From assembly GCA_964568965.1 (NCBI GenBank), contig CAZMSS010000001.1, positions 1 through 56,420 of the forward strand: a DNA stretch of 56,420 bases, read 5' to 3'. Positions 26,898-35,997 of this stretch are shown here, piece by piece. The notes beneath the pieces were generated by a model that was given only the letters and a program-made list of their open reading frames with translations, was not told the origin of the DNA and did not search any database. Made by a program: the position numbers and the translations under genes. The stretch's first letter is position 1. Every line of letters begins with the position of its first letter. The DNA is from an uncultured Verrucomicrobiota bacterium (GTDB lineage: Bacteria > Verrucomicrobiota > Kiritimatiellia > CAIKKV01 > CAITUY01).

Positions 26898-29800
26898 TCA
26901 TTCCTGGGTGCTTGCGAAAACGTCGCTCGTTGTCCGGTAATGTTCGACCGTGGCGACGGGGAGTGACCGCCAGAGCAGGAACTGCTGGCGCAGTTCATCC
27001 ACAAAGATGCGGTTCCCCCTCAGCCAGGCCCCCTCCGTGCCGCTGACCTTCTTCAGCTCCACGACCACTTCGTCAATGCCCTCAATCTCGGACGGCCGCG
27101 AGAACATGGTGAACGCCTGCATGACGCCCAGATCGAAAGGAGCCAGCGAGACTCTGGCGCGGATGCCGCGGGATCCCCGCTTGTCCAGGTTGAAGAGCTC
27201 GACCTCGGACGCTGCGAAGTTGCCGAGCGAGGAGTCGCCATGATTCCCGAAATGTTCGGCAATGAAGGCCAGGATGCCGCCCATGTCATTGGCCGAGACC
27301 GTGAAGGGGAAAACAAACTCGATCCGGTCGTCGGATGGCTTGGGCATCTTCCACCGGCGGGCGACGCCGGGGTTGGCGGAACGCCCCGCCTTGATGGCCG
27401 GATAGATGGTGGAGATCATCACCATGACCATGACGATGAGGATCGTCAGCACCGAGGCGAGGGATGAGAAATTCATTTCTGGCGGAACGAACCAGCCGAG
27501 ATCCCCGCAGAGGCCGACGACCTTGGCCGCCACCTGGCTGACCAGATAGCCGCCCATGCCGCCGAGGATGGCATAGACTCCCGATTCCGCGAAGAAGAGC
27601 GCGCCCACGTCCGGCGGGGCCAGGCCCAGTGCGCTGTAGGTGAAGATCTCCTTCTGCCGGTCCACGATGGATCCGAGCAGCGAGTTGAAGATGATCAGCC
27701 CGCCCAGCAACAGCGGCACGATCAGCATGACAAAGCCCGAGGCCTGCATGGACTTCGAGAAGAAGAACTGGTTGGTGCCCTTGGAGCCCTTGGCGTTGAC
27801 CGGTCCCACGAAGACCTTGGCCACATCGCGGGCGGTTGCCTCGACATCCGACTCGGCCCCGGCGTACATCACGATCGCATTGACAAGCGGGGTAAGCCGG
27901 TCCGATGCGAGCCGGCCCAGGCTGCCCCGGGTGGTGATGCCGATCGTACGCGACGGGAAATAGGTGAAACGGGTGGCGTCCACGGATATTTCCTGCGAGC
28001 TGTCCGTTCCGCCCTTGGCCATCCCCTCGATTCCGACTTCACGGGACGAGGCTTCAAAGTCGGGGGGGGCAAACCGGGCCTTGTCCAGAAAGGTCAACTG
28101 ATCCACCGCGGCCGCGTCAAAGGTTCCGCCGAAGGTGAACGTCTCGCCCCCGATGGAAAGGATCGCGCCGGGGGTCACGCCCAGGGATTCGGCCACCCGC
28201 TGATGAAGAAACAGGGGAGGGGGCTGGTTTGCCTGGTTGGTCGAGGCTGCCCAGGCGGCCAATCCCGGAATCGCCTGTGACAGGACCGGGTTCGATGCCA
28301 GTTCTTCCGGCTCGAGGGACACCATGGCTTTCAGCGTCTCCCACTTGCGCGTCTCCTTCTGGAAGACCACCAGCTCGCCATCGATATCGCTGGCCGGTGC
28401 CCGGAAGAGGCATTCCCGCGCATGGATTTTCCACTCTCCGCCGTATAATGCCTTAAGCGACTCCAGGAGGGTCTGGGGGATGGCGAGGCTGGAGAAGCGG
28501 CGCAGTTCAATCCGGTTCGGGCCTGAACCCTTGCCGAGGTAACTCTCCTTGACCCCGATCATGGAGGTGAACGAGGCGAACACCACGATCGTGAAGGTCA
28601 GCATGATGATCGTCAGTGCCGTCAGGAATGTTTTCAGGGGCCGGTTCCGCATCCCGGATATACCGATCAATACCGCGGCCATGGCGGTGCTGCTATCGGC
28701 CGCCACGCCGTGGGCGCTGGTGCTCAGGCCCTGGATCTCGCGCAGCTCGCGCTTGAACTTGGACATGACGATGGACATCACCACCACGCTGAGCAGAATG
28801 ATGACAAAGGCCAGGAAGATGATCATGGGCGATGCGGCCAGGGCAAACGCCGGATGGGCCATGTACAGGAGGAAGAACGTCGCCAGGAAGAGGCCGGCAA
28901 AGCCGAGCACCTGCCGGTAGATCGTGAGGCTGTTCAGGAGCAGGCGTTCGAGCACAAAGGCGAAGGGGATGGTCAGTAACAGCAGCAGCACGACGGCGCG
29001 GATCATGTCGTTGGTGACTTCCCGAAGGGGTTCCGCGACCCGAGCCCCCATGGTGGCGGCGAAGGCCTCATGGGCGACGGCTCGGGGAATGTCCTGGGTT
29101 TTGCGCGCCTCCACGGCGGCGTCCCAATGACCGACCGCGTCCGCATGCAGGGTTTCAAGGGACTCGTTGATGATCGCCTTTTCCCGCAGGATACGGAGAC
29201 GCGACTCGTTGAGCAGGGTGTAGTCGTGGGCCGACTGGCGCAGGGCATTCTTGGCATACATGGGCGGCTCATCGATCGGGAGGCCGGTTCCCTGGGGATT
29301 ATTGGTTGTAGACCCCAGCAACAGCAGTCCGCCGTTGGCATAAACCTTGAACGCCCCGTGCTCGTCGGCGAAGAACTGCAGGACTTCCTCGATCGTGGCG
29401 ATCATGTAGCTGTTCCGGAAGAGGGAATCGGAACGGCCTTCGGCCACGGTGCAGACCGGCTGGCCGTACTTGCCCGGCAGCAGGGGAAGGAACATCACCC
29501 CGCCATAGCCGTAGAAGAGCCGCCGCGTGCCCCAGCTTCCCGAGGGGAAGAGGTTCAGCTCCCCGTTGGCGTCAAAGCCGAGCGGCCGGTACGGCACATT
29601 ATTGAACATCATCGGCATGAAAATATGCCCCGAGGCCAGGATGCGCGATGCGGAGGAATAGGAATTTCCCGCGATGCAGGGCATTCCCTGGACCTTCATC
29701 GGCGCACAGAACGCCACGCCATCCCGGGGTACACCCTCGACGTCGGTGGAGCCGCGCACGTAATTCAGATAACGAATCCCGCCCTCTCCGCGAAAATGCA

Positions 29801-31688
29801 GGACAGAGTCGGGATTGAAGATCGGCGCCGCCAGCGGGCAGTACTGGGACAGTTCGGGCGCCGTGCCCAGTCCCCGGCAGAAGGCGGTCATCCGCGGGGA
29901 CAGTGCCTCCAGGTCCACCGCCTGTGCGTAGGGTAATTCATCGGCCTCAAGCGGATCCGCGACCGTCATCATCTGGTATCCGAAGACCTGCATGGCGTGG
30001 GCGATGCGGGAAGGGACGCTGCGGATCGACGGAACACAGAACCGGTCGGGTTGCTGCAGCGCAAGCACCGGCGCCGTGAACAGGTCGGGTCCCGCAGGTC
30101 CGTTCGTCGCGCGCGTCGCGGCGTCCATGGCCGTCACATCGCGCAGGTTCTTGACAAAATCCCCGGCTTTGATCTGCGCGAACTTGCGGTTGACCGTGTG
30201 GTAGAAGACTTGGGCCCCGATGCCATTGAACGCCAGCGTCCAGTCATCCTGCGTGTTGGCGAAGTCAAAGCTATAGTGGCCGACGATGCGTTTTGAGCCG
30301 AGTTGCCCGTACAGTTCAAGATGCGTTGCGTTCTGGGTCAGGAGGCGTTGGTGATCCCCCATGTCGCGGGTCAACCAGGCACGTTCCTCGGCGGCGACCC
30401 GGCCGAATGTCTCTCGATCGGTGATCGCCTTTTTGTGCAGCTGGCGGCGCAACTCGTTGAGGCTTGTCCGCTCCGTGGTCAGGCTGTCCAGCTTCGTCGT
30501 GAGGGTTGCGCGGGTGGCGCTCTCTTCAGGCCCGAGGTTCTTCTTGCGATTCATCGCGGCCAGGGGGCGGCGCAGGCCGCTCAGCTCGAAGTTCATGCTG
30601 CTCACCTTGGCGGCGAGACGCTTGTCGAGATCCTTGGTGACATCGAACAGCAGCGGATGACTGTCGGCGAAAAAGTCATCCCGCTTCAGCAACTCAATGC
30701 GGGAGGCCAGCCCGTCGATAATCTTCTGGTACTCGCCGTTGCGGGACTCCAGCTCGCCGTGGGCGCCGGTTCGCACGGCATGGTAGAACATCCGCGCGCC
30801 GTCCTGCATGGCGTAATGACTGCCGAAGAACACCACGAACACGCTTCGCGGCATGGGATGCTTGGCCAGTTCGACGGCGACCTCGGCCAGGAGGGCGCAG
30901 TTGGCCGCCTCGCGGATGGCCGGGCAGCGACCCGGCACGGTGCCGAACGTGTCCATGGTGGCGGAGAGCACGACTGCCTCCTCCTCGAAATTAAAGGAGG
31001 CGCCCTTGATGCCGGGGATCTCGACCCACAGGTTGACGCCCTCCACGTCCTTCCAGACGGTGGTGAGCGACAGGCTGGCCTTCCGGCCGGGTTGCCAGGA
31101 CGACAGGCCGTATGTGCGCGCCACCTCCGCATCGACAAACAAGCGCGGTAGCGCCACATCGAGCTCGATGAACTGCCGGCCCACCTCCTGCCGTGTCTCC
31201 GTGCCGCTCCCCACAAAGACAACAGCCAGCGCACCCTGGCTGAAAACTTGCCGCATGTTGGGCGAGTTGAAGTTGAGCACCGCGATCGAGCCCTCCACGG
31301 GCTTTCCCTTCATGTCCTCAAGCGTGCCATCGCCCAGCCACACGAGCGGGCCGGTGATTTCGCGGGCGCCGGCCGTATTATTGGCCGCGCCATTGGGGCC
31401 CAGGGCATAGACGGGGGTCACCTCGCGGCCGTCGACACGCAGCATGCAGCGCCGGGTTTCGGGAACCAGCGTGTCAAAGGTCTGGCGGTGGGGCGTCAGC
31501 CCGGCTGCGCGGAAGGTCGCCTCGAGCGTGCCGATACAGGATGTGAGCGCCGGGCTGCCGGCCAGCCGCTGCTCATGGGACGCGAACTCGCGCATGACCG
31601 TCTTGTAGTTCTCGCCGGCGTGGAGCAAGGGTGCCATCAGCCCGAGGGTGGCGGTCGCTGTTCTAATTATCGTCAACACCTTATTCAT
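26898..31688 (-). CDS. Giant (~1596 aa) fusion protein: signal peptide, M28/PA peptidase-like ectodomain (degenerate), coiled coil, unknown ectodomain, 3 TM, MacB-type FtsX permease and a C-terminal cytoplasmic domain
   Basis: The start is the ATG at 31688 (MNKVLTIIRTATATLGLMAPLLHAGE), overlapping the upstream ATPase stop by 8 nt. The FtsX signature is QKEIFTYSALGLAPPDVGALFFAESGVYAILGGMGGYLVS. The MacB-type TM1 is RNRPLKTFLTALTIIMLTFTIVVFASF. See the domain features below. Confidence 0.85.
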   Translation of the reverse strand: MNKVLTIIRTATATLGLMAPLLHAGENYKTVMREFASHEQRLAGSPALTSCIGTLEATFRAAGLTPHRQTFDTLVPETRRCMLRVDGREVTPVYALGPNGAANNTAGAREITGPLVWLGDGTLEDMKGKPVEGSIAVLNFNSPNMRQVFSQGALAVVFVGSGTETRQEVGRQFIELDVALPRLFVDAEVARTYGLSSWQPGRKASLSLTTVWKDVEGVNLWVEIPGIKGASFNFEEEAVVLSATMDTFGTVPGRCPAIREAANCALLAEVAVELAKHPMPRSVFVVFFGSHYAMQDGARMFYHAVRTGAHGELESRNGEYQKIIDGLASRIELLKRDDFFADSHPLLFDVTKDLDKRLAAKVSSMNFELSGLRRPLAAMNRKKNLGPEESATRATLTTKLDSLTTERTSLNELRRQLHKKAITDRETFGRVAAEERAWLTRDMGDHQRLLTQNATHLELYGQLGSKRIVGHYSFDFANTQDDWTLAFNGIGAQVFYHTVNRKFAQIKAGDFVKNLRDVTAMDAATRATNGPAGPDLFTAPVLALQQPDRFCVPSIRSVPSRIAHAMQVFGYQMMTVADPLEADELPYAQAVDLEALSPRMTAFCRGLGTAPELSQYCPLAAPIFNPDSVLHFRGEGGIRYLNYVRGSTDVEGVPRDGVAFCAPMKVQGMPCIAGNSYSSASRILASGHIFMPMMFNNVPYRPLGFDANGELNLFPSGSWGTRRLFYGYGGVMFLPLLPGKYGQPVCTVAEGRSDSLFRNSYMIATIEEVLQFFADEHGAFKVYANGGLLLLGSTTNNPQGTGLPIDEPPMYAKNALRQSAHDYTLLNESRLRILREKAIINESLETLHADAVGHWDAAVEARKTQDIPRAVAHEAFAATMGARVAEPLREVTNDMIRAVVLLLLLTIPFAFVLERLLLNSLTIYRQVLGFAGLFLATFFLLYMAHPAFALAASPMIIFLAFVIILLSVVVMSIVMSKFKRELREIQGLSTSAHGVAADSSTAMAAVLIGISGMRNRPLKTFLTALTIIMLTFTIVVFASFTSMIGVKESYLGKGSGPNRIELRRFSSLAIPQTLLESLKALYGGEWKIHARECLFRAPASDIDGELVVFQKETRKWETLKAMVSLEPEELASNPVLSQAIPGLAAWAASTNQANQPPPLFLHQRVAESLGVTPGAILSIGGETFTFGGTFDAAAVDQLTFLDKARFAPPDFEASSREVGIEGMAKGGTDSSQEISVDATRFTYFPSRTIGITTRGSLGRLASDRLTPLVNAIVMYAGAESDVEATARDVAKVFVGPVNAKGSKGTNQFFFSKSMQASGFVMLIVPLLLGGLIIFNSLLGSIVDRQKEIFTYSALGLAPPDVGALFFAESGVYAILGGMGGYLVSQVAAKVVGLCGDLGWFVPPEMNFSSLASVLTILIVMVMVMISTIYPAIKAGRSANPGVARRWKMPKPSDDRIEFVFPFTVSANDMGGILAFIAEHFGNHGDSSLGNFAASEVELFNLDKRGSRGIRARVSLAPFDLGVMQAFTMFSRPSEIEGIDEVVVELKKVSGTEGAWLRGNRIFVDELRQQFLLWRSLPVATVEHYRTTSDVFASTQE
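27387..28637 (-). other. MacB-type permease module of the giant protein (TM1, ~275-aa extracytoplasmic loop, FtsX TM2-4)
   Basis: This covers aa ~1027-1443 in ORF-track numbering. The TM segments are FLTALTIIMLTFTIVVFASF, GFVMLIVPLLLGGLIIFNSLLG, VYAILGGMGGYLVSQVAA and LASVLTILIVMVMVMISTIY. Confidence 0.75.
30771..31583 (-). other. M28-peptidase-like module with an inserted PA domain; canonical metal and catalytic positions appear substituted
   Basis: M28-like landmarks are RLAGSPA, the PA-like GPLVWLGDGTLEDMKGKPVEGSIAVL...GALAVVFVG, and VNLWVEIPG. The usual HxD motif reads VVLSATMDTF, so the His is replaced. The GADD-ASG region reads PGRCPAIREAANCALL. The AEE-GLxGS region reads FFGSHYAMQDGARMF, so the EE pair is replaced by HY. 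All alignments were made by eye. Confidence 0.5.
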
Positions 31689-32445
31689 CGTGTTCACCCA
31701 GGCTCGCCTTTTCAATCAGGAGGTCGGAACTCAACTCGATCCGGTTCACGCTGCCGTCCACGATCCACACAATCCGGTCGCAGACCTTGAGCATGTTGTA
31801 GTCATGGGTCGCGCAGATGATGGTGACCCCTTCCTGCCGGTTCAACTCGTACAGAAGCTGGTGGATCTCCCGGCCGGTTTTGATGTCCAGGTTGGCCGTG
31901 GGTTCGTCACAGAGCAGAAGGGAGGGGTTGTTGGCCAGGGCGCGCGCGATCGCCACGCGCTGCTGCTGGCCGCCGGACATCTCCTTGGGGCGGTGGTTCC
32001 AGCGGTCCTTGAGCCCGACCCGGTCCAGCAGCGCCATGCCGCGCGCGCGCGCATCGTCGGCGTGCATCCCGCTGAACACCATGGGCAGGGTGACATTGTC
32101 CAGGGCCGTCATGACGCTGTTAAGGTTGTAGGACTGGAAGACATACCCGATTTTGCGGCAGCGCAGGAACGCGAGTTCCTTGGCGTTGAGCTGGGCCATG
32201 TCCACGGCGTCCATGAAGACGCGCCCCTTCGAGGGGGAATCCAGCCCGCCGACCATGTTGAAGAACGTGCTCTTGCCCGAGCCCGAGGGGCCCATGACGC
32301 ACATGTATTCGCCCCGGTACACGCACAGGTTGATATCCCTCAGGGCGTGAACCGTCTCGGTGCCGCGCTGGTAGAGCTTGCGCACGCCCACCGCCCGCAG
32401 GACGAATTCCCGGCCCTTCGCATATTCTTTTTCGTCGTATGGCAT
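31681..32445 (-). CDS. ABC transporter ATP-binding protein, MacB/LolD/FtsE type (copy 1)
   Basis: Motifs are Walker A GPSGSGKST, the signature MSGGQQQRVAIARAL, Walker B LLLCDEPT and the H-loop ATHD. By eye it is about half identical to copy 2. Confidence 0.9.
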   Translation of the reverse strand: MPYDEKEYAKGREFVLRAVGVRKLYQRGTETVHALRDINLCVYRGEYMCVMGPSGSGKSTFFNMVGGLDSPSKGRVFMDAVDMAQLNAKELAFLRCRKIGYVFQSYNLNSVMTALDNVTLPMVFSGMHADDARARGMALLDRVGLKDRWNHRPKEMSGGQQQRVAIARALANNPSLLLCDEPTANLDIKTGREIHQLLYELNRQEGVTIICATHDYNMLKVCDRIVWIVDGSVNRIELSSDLLIEKASLGEHDE

Positions 32446-32451
32446 AGATAT

Positions 32452-33930
32452 CTATTCCACCCTCATGGCATCCATCGGGGCCATGGCCGCCGCCGCCCGT
32501 GACGGGTAGATGGAAGCCAGCATTGACAGCAACACACCCAGAACAACCGTAAAGACCGCGCACAACAGCAGGGGCAGGGCGGGGAAATACACAAAGACGC
32601 TGACGCCGAAGATCGCCGAGCTCTTGATCAGGGCGACCAGCAGGCCAATGGCCATGCCGAGGGTTCCGCCGATCATGCCCTGGATGGCCGCCTCGATCAG
32701 GAACTGGTTCAGGATGAAGCCGTCCGTCGCCCCCAGGCATTTCATGGTGGCGATTTCCCGGAAACGCTCGGTAATGGACATGAGCATCGCATTGGTGATG
32801 CCCACCATGCACACGATGAAGGAGATGACCGCCAGGAACAGCTGGCTGCCGTCAAGAAATCCCGCCGGCTCACCGCCGGACGTGCGCCGGACGGGAAGCT
32901 TATCCTCCAGGTTCCGCAGCTGCTGTGCCCGCGTGAAGTTGGCCGCCACCGCAACCCGCTGTTGGGGGGTGAATGATCCACCCAGGAGCGAGTCCGCCCG
33001 CGGGTCGTTTACTTGAGCGAACTGCTCCTCCAGGGAGGGCAGGGACCCGAACGACTCTTTCCAGGCCTTGCGGCTTTCATCCGACTGCAGCAGGCGGGCG
33101 ATGCGGGTCTCGTGCGAGGCCAGGGTCAGCAGATGCCGGAGCCGGAGCATCACCACGGGCTCCAGGCGGAATCCGGCGGCCACGACGGCCTGACGCCACT
33201 GTTCAACCTCGGCGTCCCGGGCGCCGGCAATCCAGTCGGCGACATCCCCGCCGCCGGTGAGTGCCTGGAGACGGGTCTGCAGGCCGGTCACGGTGGCTGC
33301 CCAGCCGGCGCGCGCCGCTTCAAGGCTCTTCAGGTGATTTGACCAGTTGTCGACAAACGCCCGCATGGTTGTGATATCCGTAGGAAGGCGCAGGGAGCGC
33401 ATGTTGGCGAGATTACGGGTGAATTCATCCCAGCGGGCCGGGTCGGCGAGTATGGTGAAGACCTCGCGGCCCCGGGCTTTTTTCACGAGCACCATGCGCT
33501 TGCCGATGTTCATGTCCTCAAAGAACGACAAGTACTTGTTTTCCAGCCGGCACTGGCCGGCCAGCCGTGCGGCGGCCTCGGGCGTGATCCCGGCGACCTG
33601 CGCAAACTCCGCGAGGGTCTCCGGCTGCCCATGCGCGGCGGCCAGCTTGCGCGACAGCCCGAGGGTGGAATGGGGGTAGAAGATGTGGGTGAGCAGGAGG
33701 TCGCCCTCGCGCAGGTCGAGCACCGCCGCGGCCACCCCCTTGCCGATGGATCGCGTCATGGTGCCCTCGCTGAGAAGGGCCATGAAGAACGCCACCGCCA
33801 CGACAACGACCGCCAGCGTCAGCGAGGAACGGAACAGCCGGTACGAGATGCCCTTGAGGCAGAACCCCAGGGACTTCCGGAACGAAAGCTGCACCTGCTT
33901 GCGCACATCCATATGTTCTGATGACGTCAT
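32452..33930 (-). CDS. FtsX-family ABC permease with a ~330-aa helical-looking extracytoplasmic domain
   Basis: The N-terminal TM is LTLAVVVVAVAFFMALL. The C-terminal FtsX domain reads ERFREIATMKCLGATDGFILNQFLIEAAIQGMIGGTLGMAIG plus two further TMs. The loop between them is A/L/R/E-rich. Confidence 0.85.
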   Translation of the reverse strand: MTSSEHMDVRKQVQLSFRKSLGFCLKGISYRLFRSSLTLAVVVVAVAFFMALLSEGTMTRSIGKGVAAAVLDLREGDLLLTHIFYPHSTLGLSRKLAAAHGQPETLAEFAQVAGITPEAAARLAGQCRLENKYLSFFEDMNIGKRMVLVKKARGREVFTILADPARWDEFTRNLANMRSLRLPTDITTMRAFVDNWSNHLKSLEAARAGWAATVTGLQTRLQALTGGGDVADWIAGARDAEVEQWRQAVVAAGFRLEPVVMLRLRHLLTLASHETRIARLLQSDESRKAWKESFGSLPSLEEQFAQVNDPRADSLLGGSFTPQQRVAVAANFTRAQQLRNLEDKLPVRRTSGGEPAGFLDGSQLFLAVISFIVCMVGITNAMLMSITERFREIATMKCLGATDGFILNQFLIEAAIQGMIGGTLGMAIGLLVALIKSSAIFGVSVFVYFPALPLLLCAVFTVVLGVLLSMLASIYPSRAAAAMAPMDAMRVE

Positions 33931-33949
33931 GGTTTATCCCGAAAAAACC

Positions 33950-35959
33950 CTAGGGCGCGACCGGGGGAGTGGCCCCCGTGATCTGGTAATAGATAAAGCC
34001 CACCACGAAACCCATGGCCACGGCCATGAATTCCCCGACAATGAACCCGATAAAAAGAGGCTTCATGGAGTTGTACATGCCCCCGCCGCCGAACTTGACC
34101 ACCAGGTTCTTGATTCCCCAGCCCAGCAGGAACCCGAACCAGGAGTACATGCCCACCGTGGTTCCCAACAGGATCAGGAAGAGTGGATGGAGCGGCCATT
34201 TGGCAAAACGGAAACGCAGACCATAGGTGACCAGCACCGAAGCCAGGCCGACCAGGACCCACCCGACGGTACGGCCATCGGCGCGCATGAGCGGGAGCCG
34301 GTCGAAACCGCGCGCGGCTTCGGAGACCTCCATCTTGCCAAGGTCCTTGAGGTTGAGGACCTCGGAGGCGCCCTTCTGCAGAACTCCCCGCTCCTCATTG
34401 CTCAGGTTGCCCTGCCCGTTGGTGTACGAGATGGTGAGGGTGGCAATAAAACCGGCGATGAGCATGATGGCAATGACCCCGATCGAGGCGTACGCGAAGC
34501 GGCGGAGCTTGATCTTGTTGTCGTCAAGGATCTTCAGGCTCGTGGCCATGTAGGGCATGATCAGCTGGGTGGAATCGGCCATGGTCCGGCTCAGCAGGCT
34601 CATGAAGACCAGCGGCACGGCGCCGATCGCCGCCGGACCGAACAGCCCCGTCATCAGCCCGGGCAGCGACCATGAGGGGGCGATTGTGGGCACGCCGGTC
34701 TCGCACACCAGGCGCGTCACGACGAGGAAGACCAGCAGCAGGAAGGTCACATAGATCCAGGCAACCAGGAAGGCAAAGCCGATGACCTTGAATATGATGA
34801 TCAGGCAGATATAACCCGCCAGGAAGACGCGGGCCGCCCATACCTCGCCGGGATCAATCAGCACCTTGCGCGACACGGGCACAATCGCCCTCCACAGCAC
34901 CGGGAAATAGTAGGTCCGCCCCGTATACATGAGGATCAGGCCAAAGGCGATGAACCCCCCGGACCGGAAAACATCGAGGTCCGATGACGCCAGGGGAGCG
35001 CCGGTGGCCAGATAGTACTGGATTCCGACCAGGGTCCCCAGCGGGGCCGTGAGGCCCACGGCAAGGCTCACGTCGGAGGGCACAAAATAGGCGATGCCGA
35101 TGATCGCAAAACTGATGGACATCCAGTGGAGGCAGAACATGGAGGCGTTCGACTGGTCGGGGCCGATGATCGGGAGCACGTTCCACCAATATAAGCTATA
35201 ACCTAGGGCCGGCTGGGGCAACTTCCCGGGAAACCACATGTTGAGGTACCCCAGCAGGTTGAGGAAAAAGACAAGGAGGAAGCCCCACCAGAAGAGCTTG
35301 TTGTGGTAGATCCGGCCGCCGGGCCGCGTGTCATCCTGCCGGAGCAGGGCATCGGCCACCGAGGCCAGCGGGTAGCGCAACTGTTCATGGTAGGCCCACT
35401 GGCGATGCACCAGGAAGCTCAGCGCCAGCAGGCACAGGCACAGGACAATCAACAGGGGTATCCAGTGCAACAGGGGGGTAACCCACTCGGCAAACGGGAT
35501 CTTCCCCAAGGTCAGGCCTCCCTGGATGAACCCGAAATGCACCTTCTCGCCGATGACGCTGCCGGTCTCGCCGGCCGGGAACAACCCCGCCGGCAGGCGC
35601 GCAGTCAACCCCGCCTCCTTCCAGGGAACATTGGAGGTCATCTCCTCGTAGCGCGGCAGGATCAGATGGCGGACCAGGCTGCCCTGCAGGCCGGGAATCC
35701 AGGAGACCATCAGCATAAAGCAGAAGATGACGGCCAGTTCCCTCCCGCTGAGCGCGAGACTCCGGTTGACTCGCCCCGCGATCATGTTCCAGGCGCAGGA
35801 CATCATGACCATCAGGAACAGCGGCACCACCGGCAGATACCCCTCGATGGCATTGGGGATTTTCAAAACCAGGTCGCTGTAGGTCGGAAAGGCACAGACG
35901 ATCAGCAGGCTGATCAGCCCCGTCACTGCCGTCTTAATTGTGAATTCCCTTGTGGCCAT
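33950..35959 (-). CDS. Polytopic membrane protein B (~669 aa), a distant paralog of protein A
   Basis: The start is trimmed to the ATG at 35959 (MATREFTIKTAVTGLISLLIV) with GAGGGG upstream. There are at least 12 hydrophobic helices. The loop WAYHEQLRYPLASVAD matches the EKLPFPMA loop of protein A. Confidence 0.8.
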   Translation of the reverse strand: MATREFTIKTAVTGLISLLIVCAFPTYSDLVLKIPNAIEGYLPVVPLFLMVMMSCAWNMIAGRVNRSLALSGRELAVIFCFMLMVSWIPGLQGSLVRHLILPRYEEMTSNVPWKEAGLTARLPAGLFPAGETGSVIGEKVHFGFIQGGLTLGKIPFAEWVTPLLHWIPLLIVLCLCLLALSFLVHRQWAYHEQLRYPLASVADALLRQDDTRPGGRIYHNKLFWWGFLLVFFLNLLGYLNMWFPGKLPQPALGYSLYWWNVLPIIGPDQSNASMFCLHWMSISFAIIGIAYFVPSDVSLAVGLTAPLGTLVGIQYYLATGAPLASSDLDVFRSGGFIAFGLILMYTGRTYYFPVLWRAIVPVSRKVLIDPGEVWAARVFLAGYICLIIIFKVIGFAFLVAWIYVTFLLLVFLVVTRLVCETGVPTIAPSWSLPGLMTGLFGPAAIGAVPLVFMSLLSRTMADSTQLIMPYMATSLKILDDNKIKLRRFAYASIGVIAIMLIAGFIATLTISYTNGQGNLSNEERGVLQKGASEVLNLKDLGKMEVSEAARGFDRLPLMRADGRTVGWVLVGLASVLVTYGLRFRFAKWPLHPLFLILLGTTVGMYSWFGFLLGWGIKNLVVKFGGGGMYNSMKPLFIGFIVGEFMAVAMGFVVGFIYYQITGATPPVAP

Positions 35960-35997
35960 TGGTTTCCACCCCTCACCGTTCCTGGTTTCCCGCCACC

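Noticed and set aside
25106-27046. 646-aa plus-strand ORF over polytopic protein A
   Set aside because: The translation is dominated by H/D/G/R/E runs (for example HRDENDRDEDQGR) and has no fold-like pattern. The minus strand encodes a coherent multi-TM protein in an operon context.
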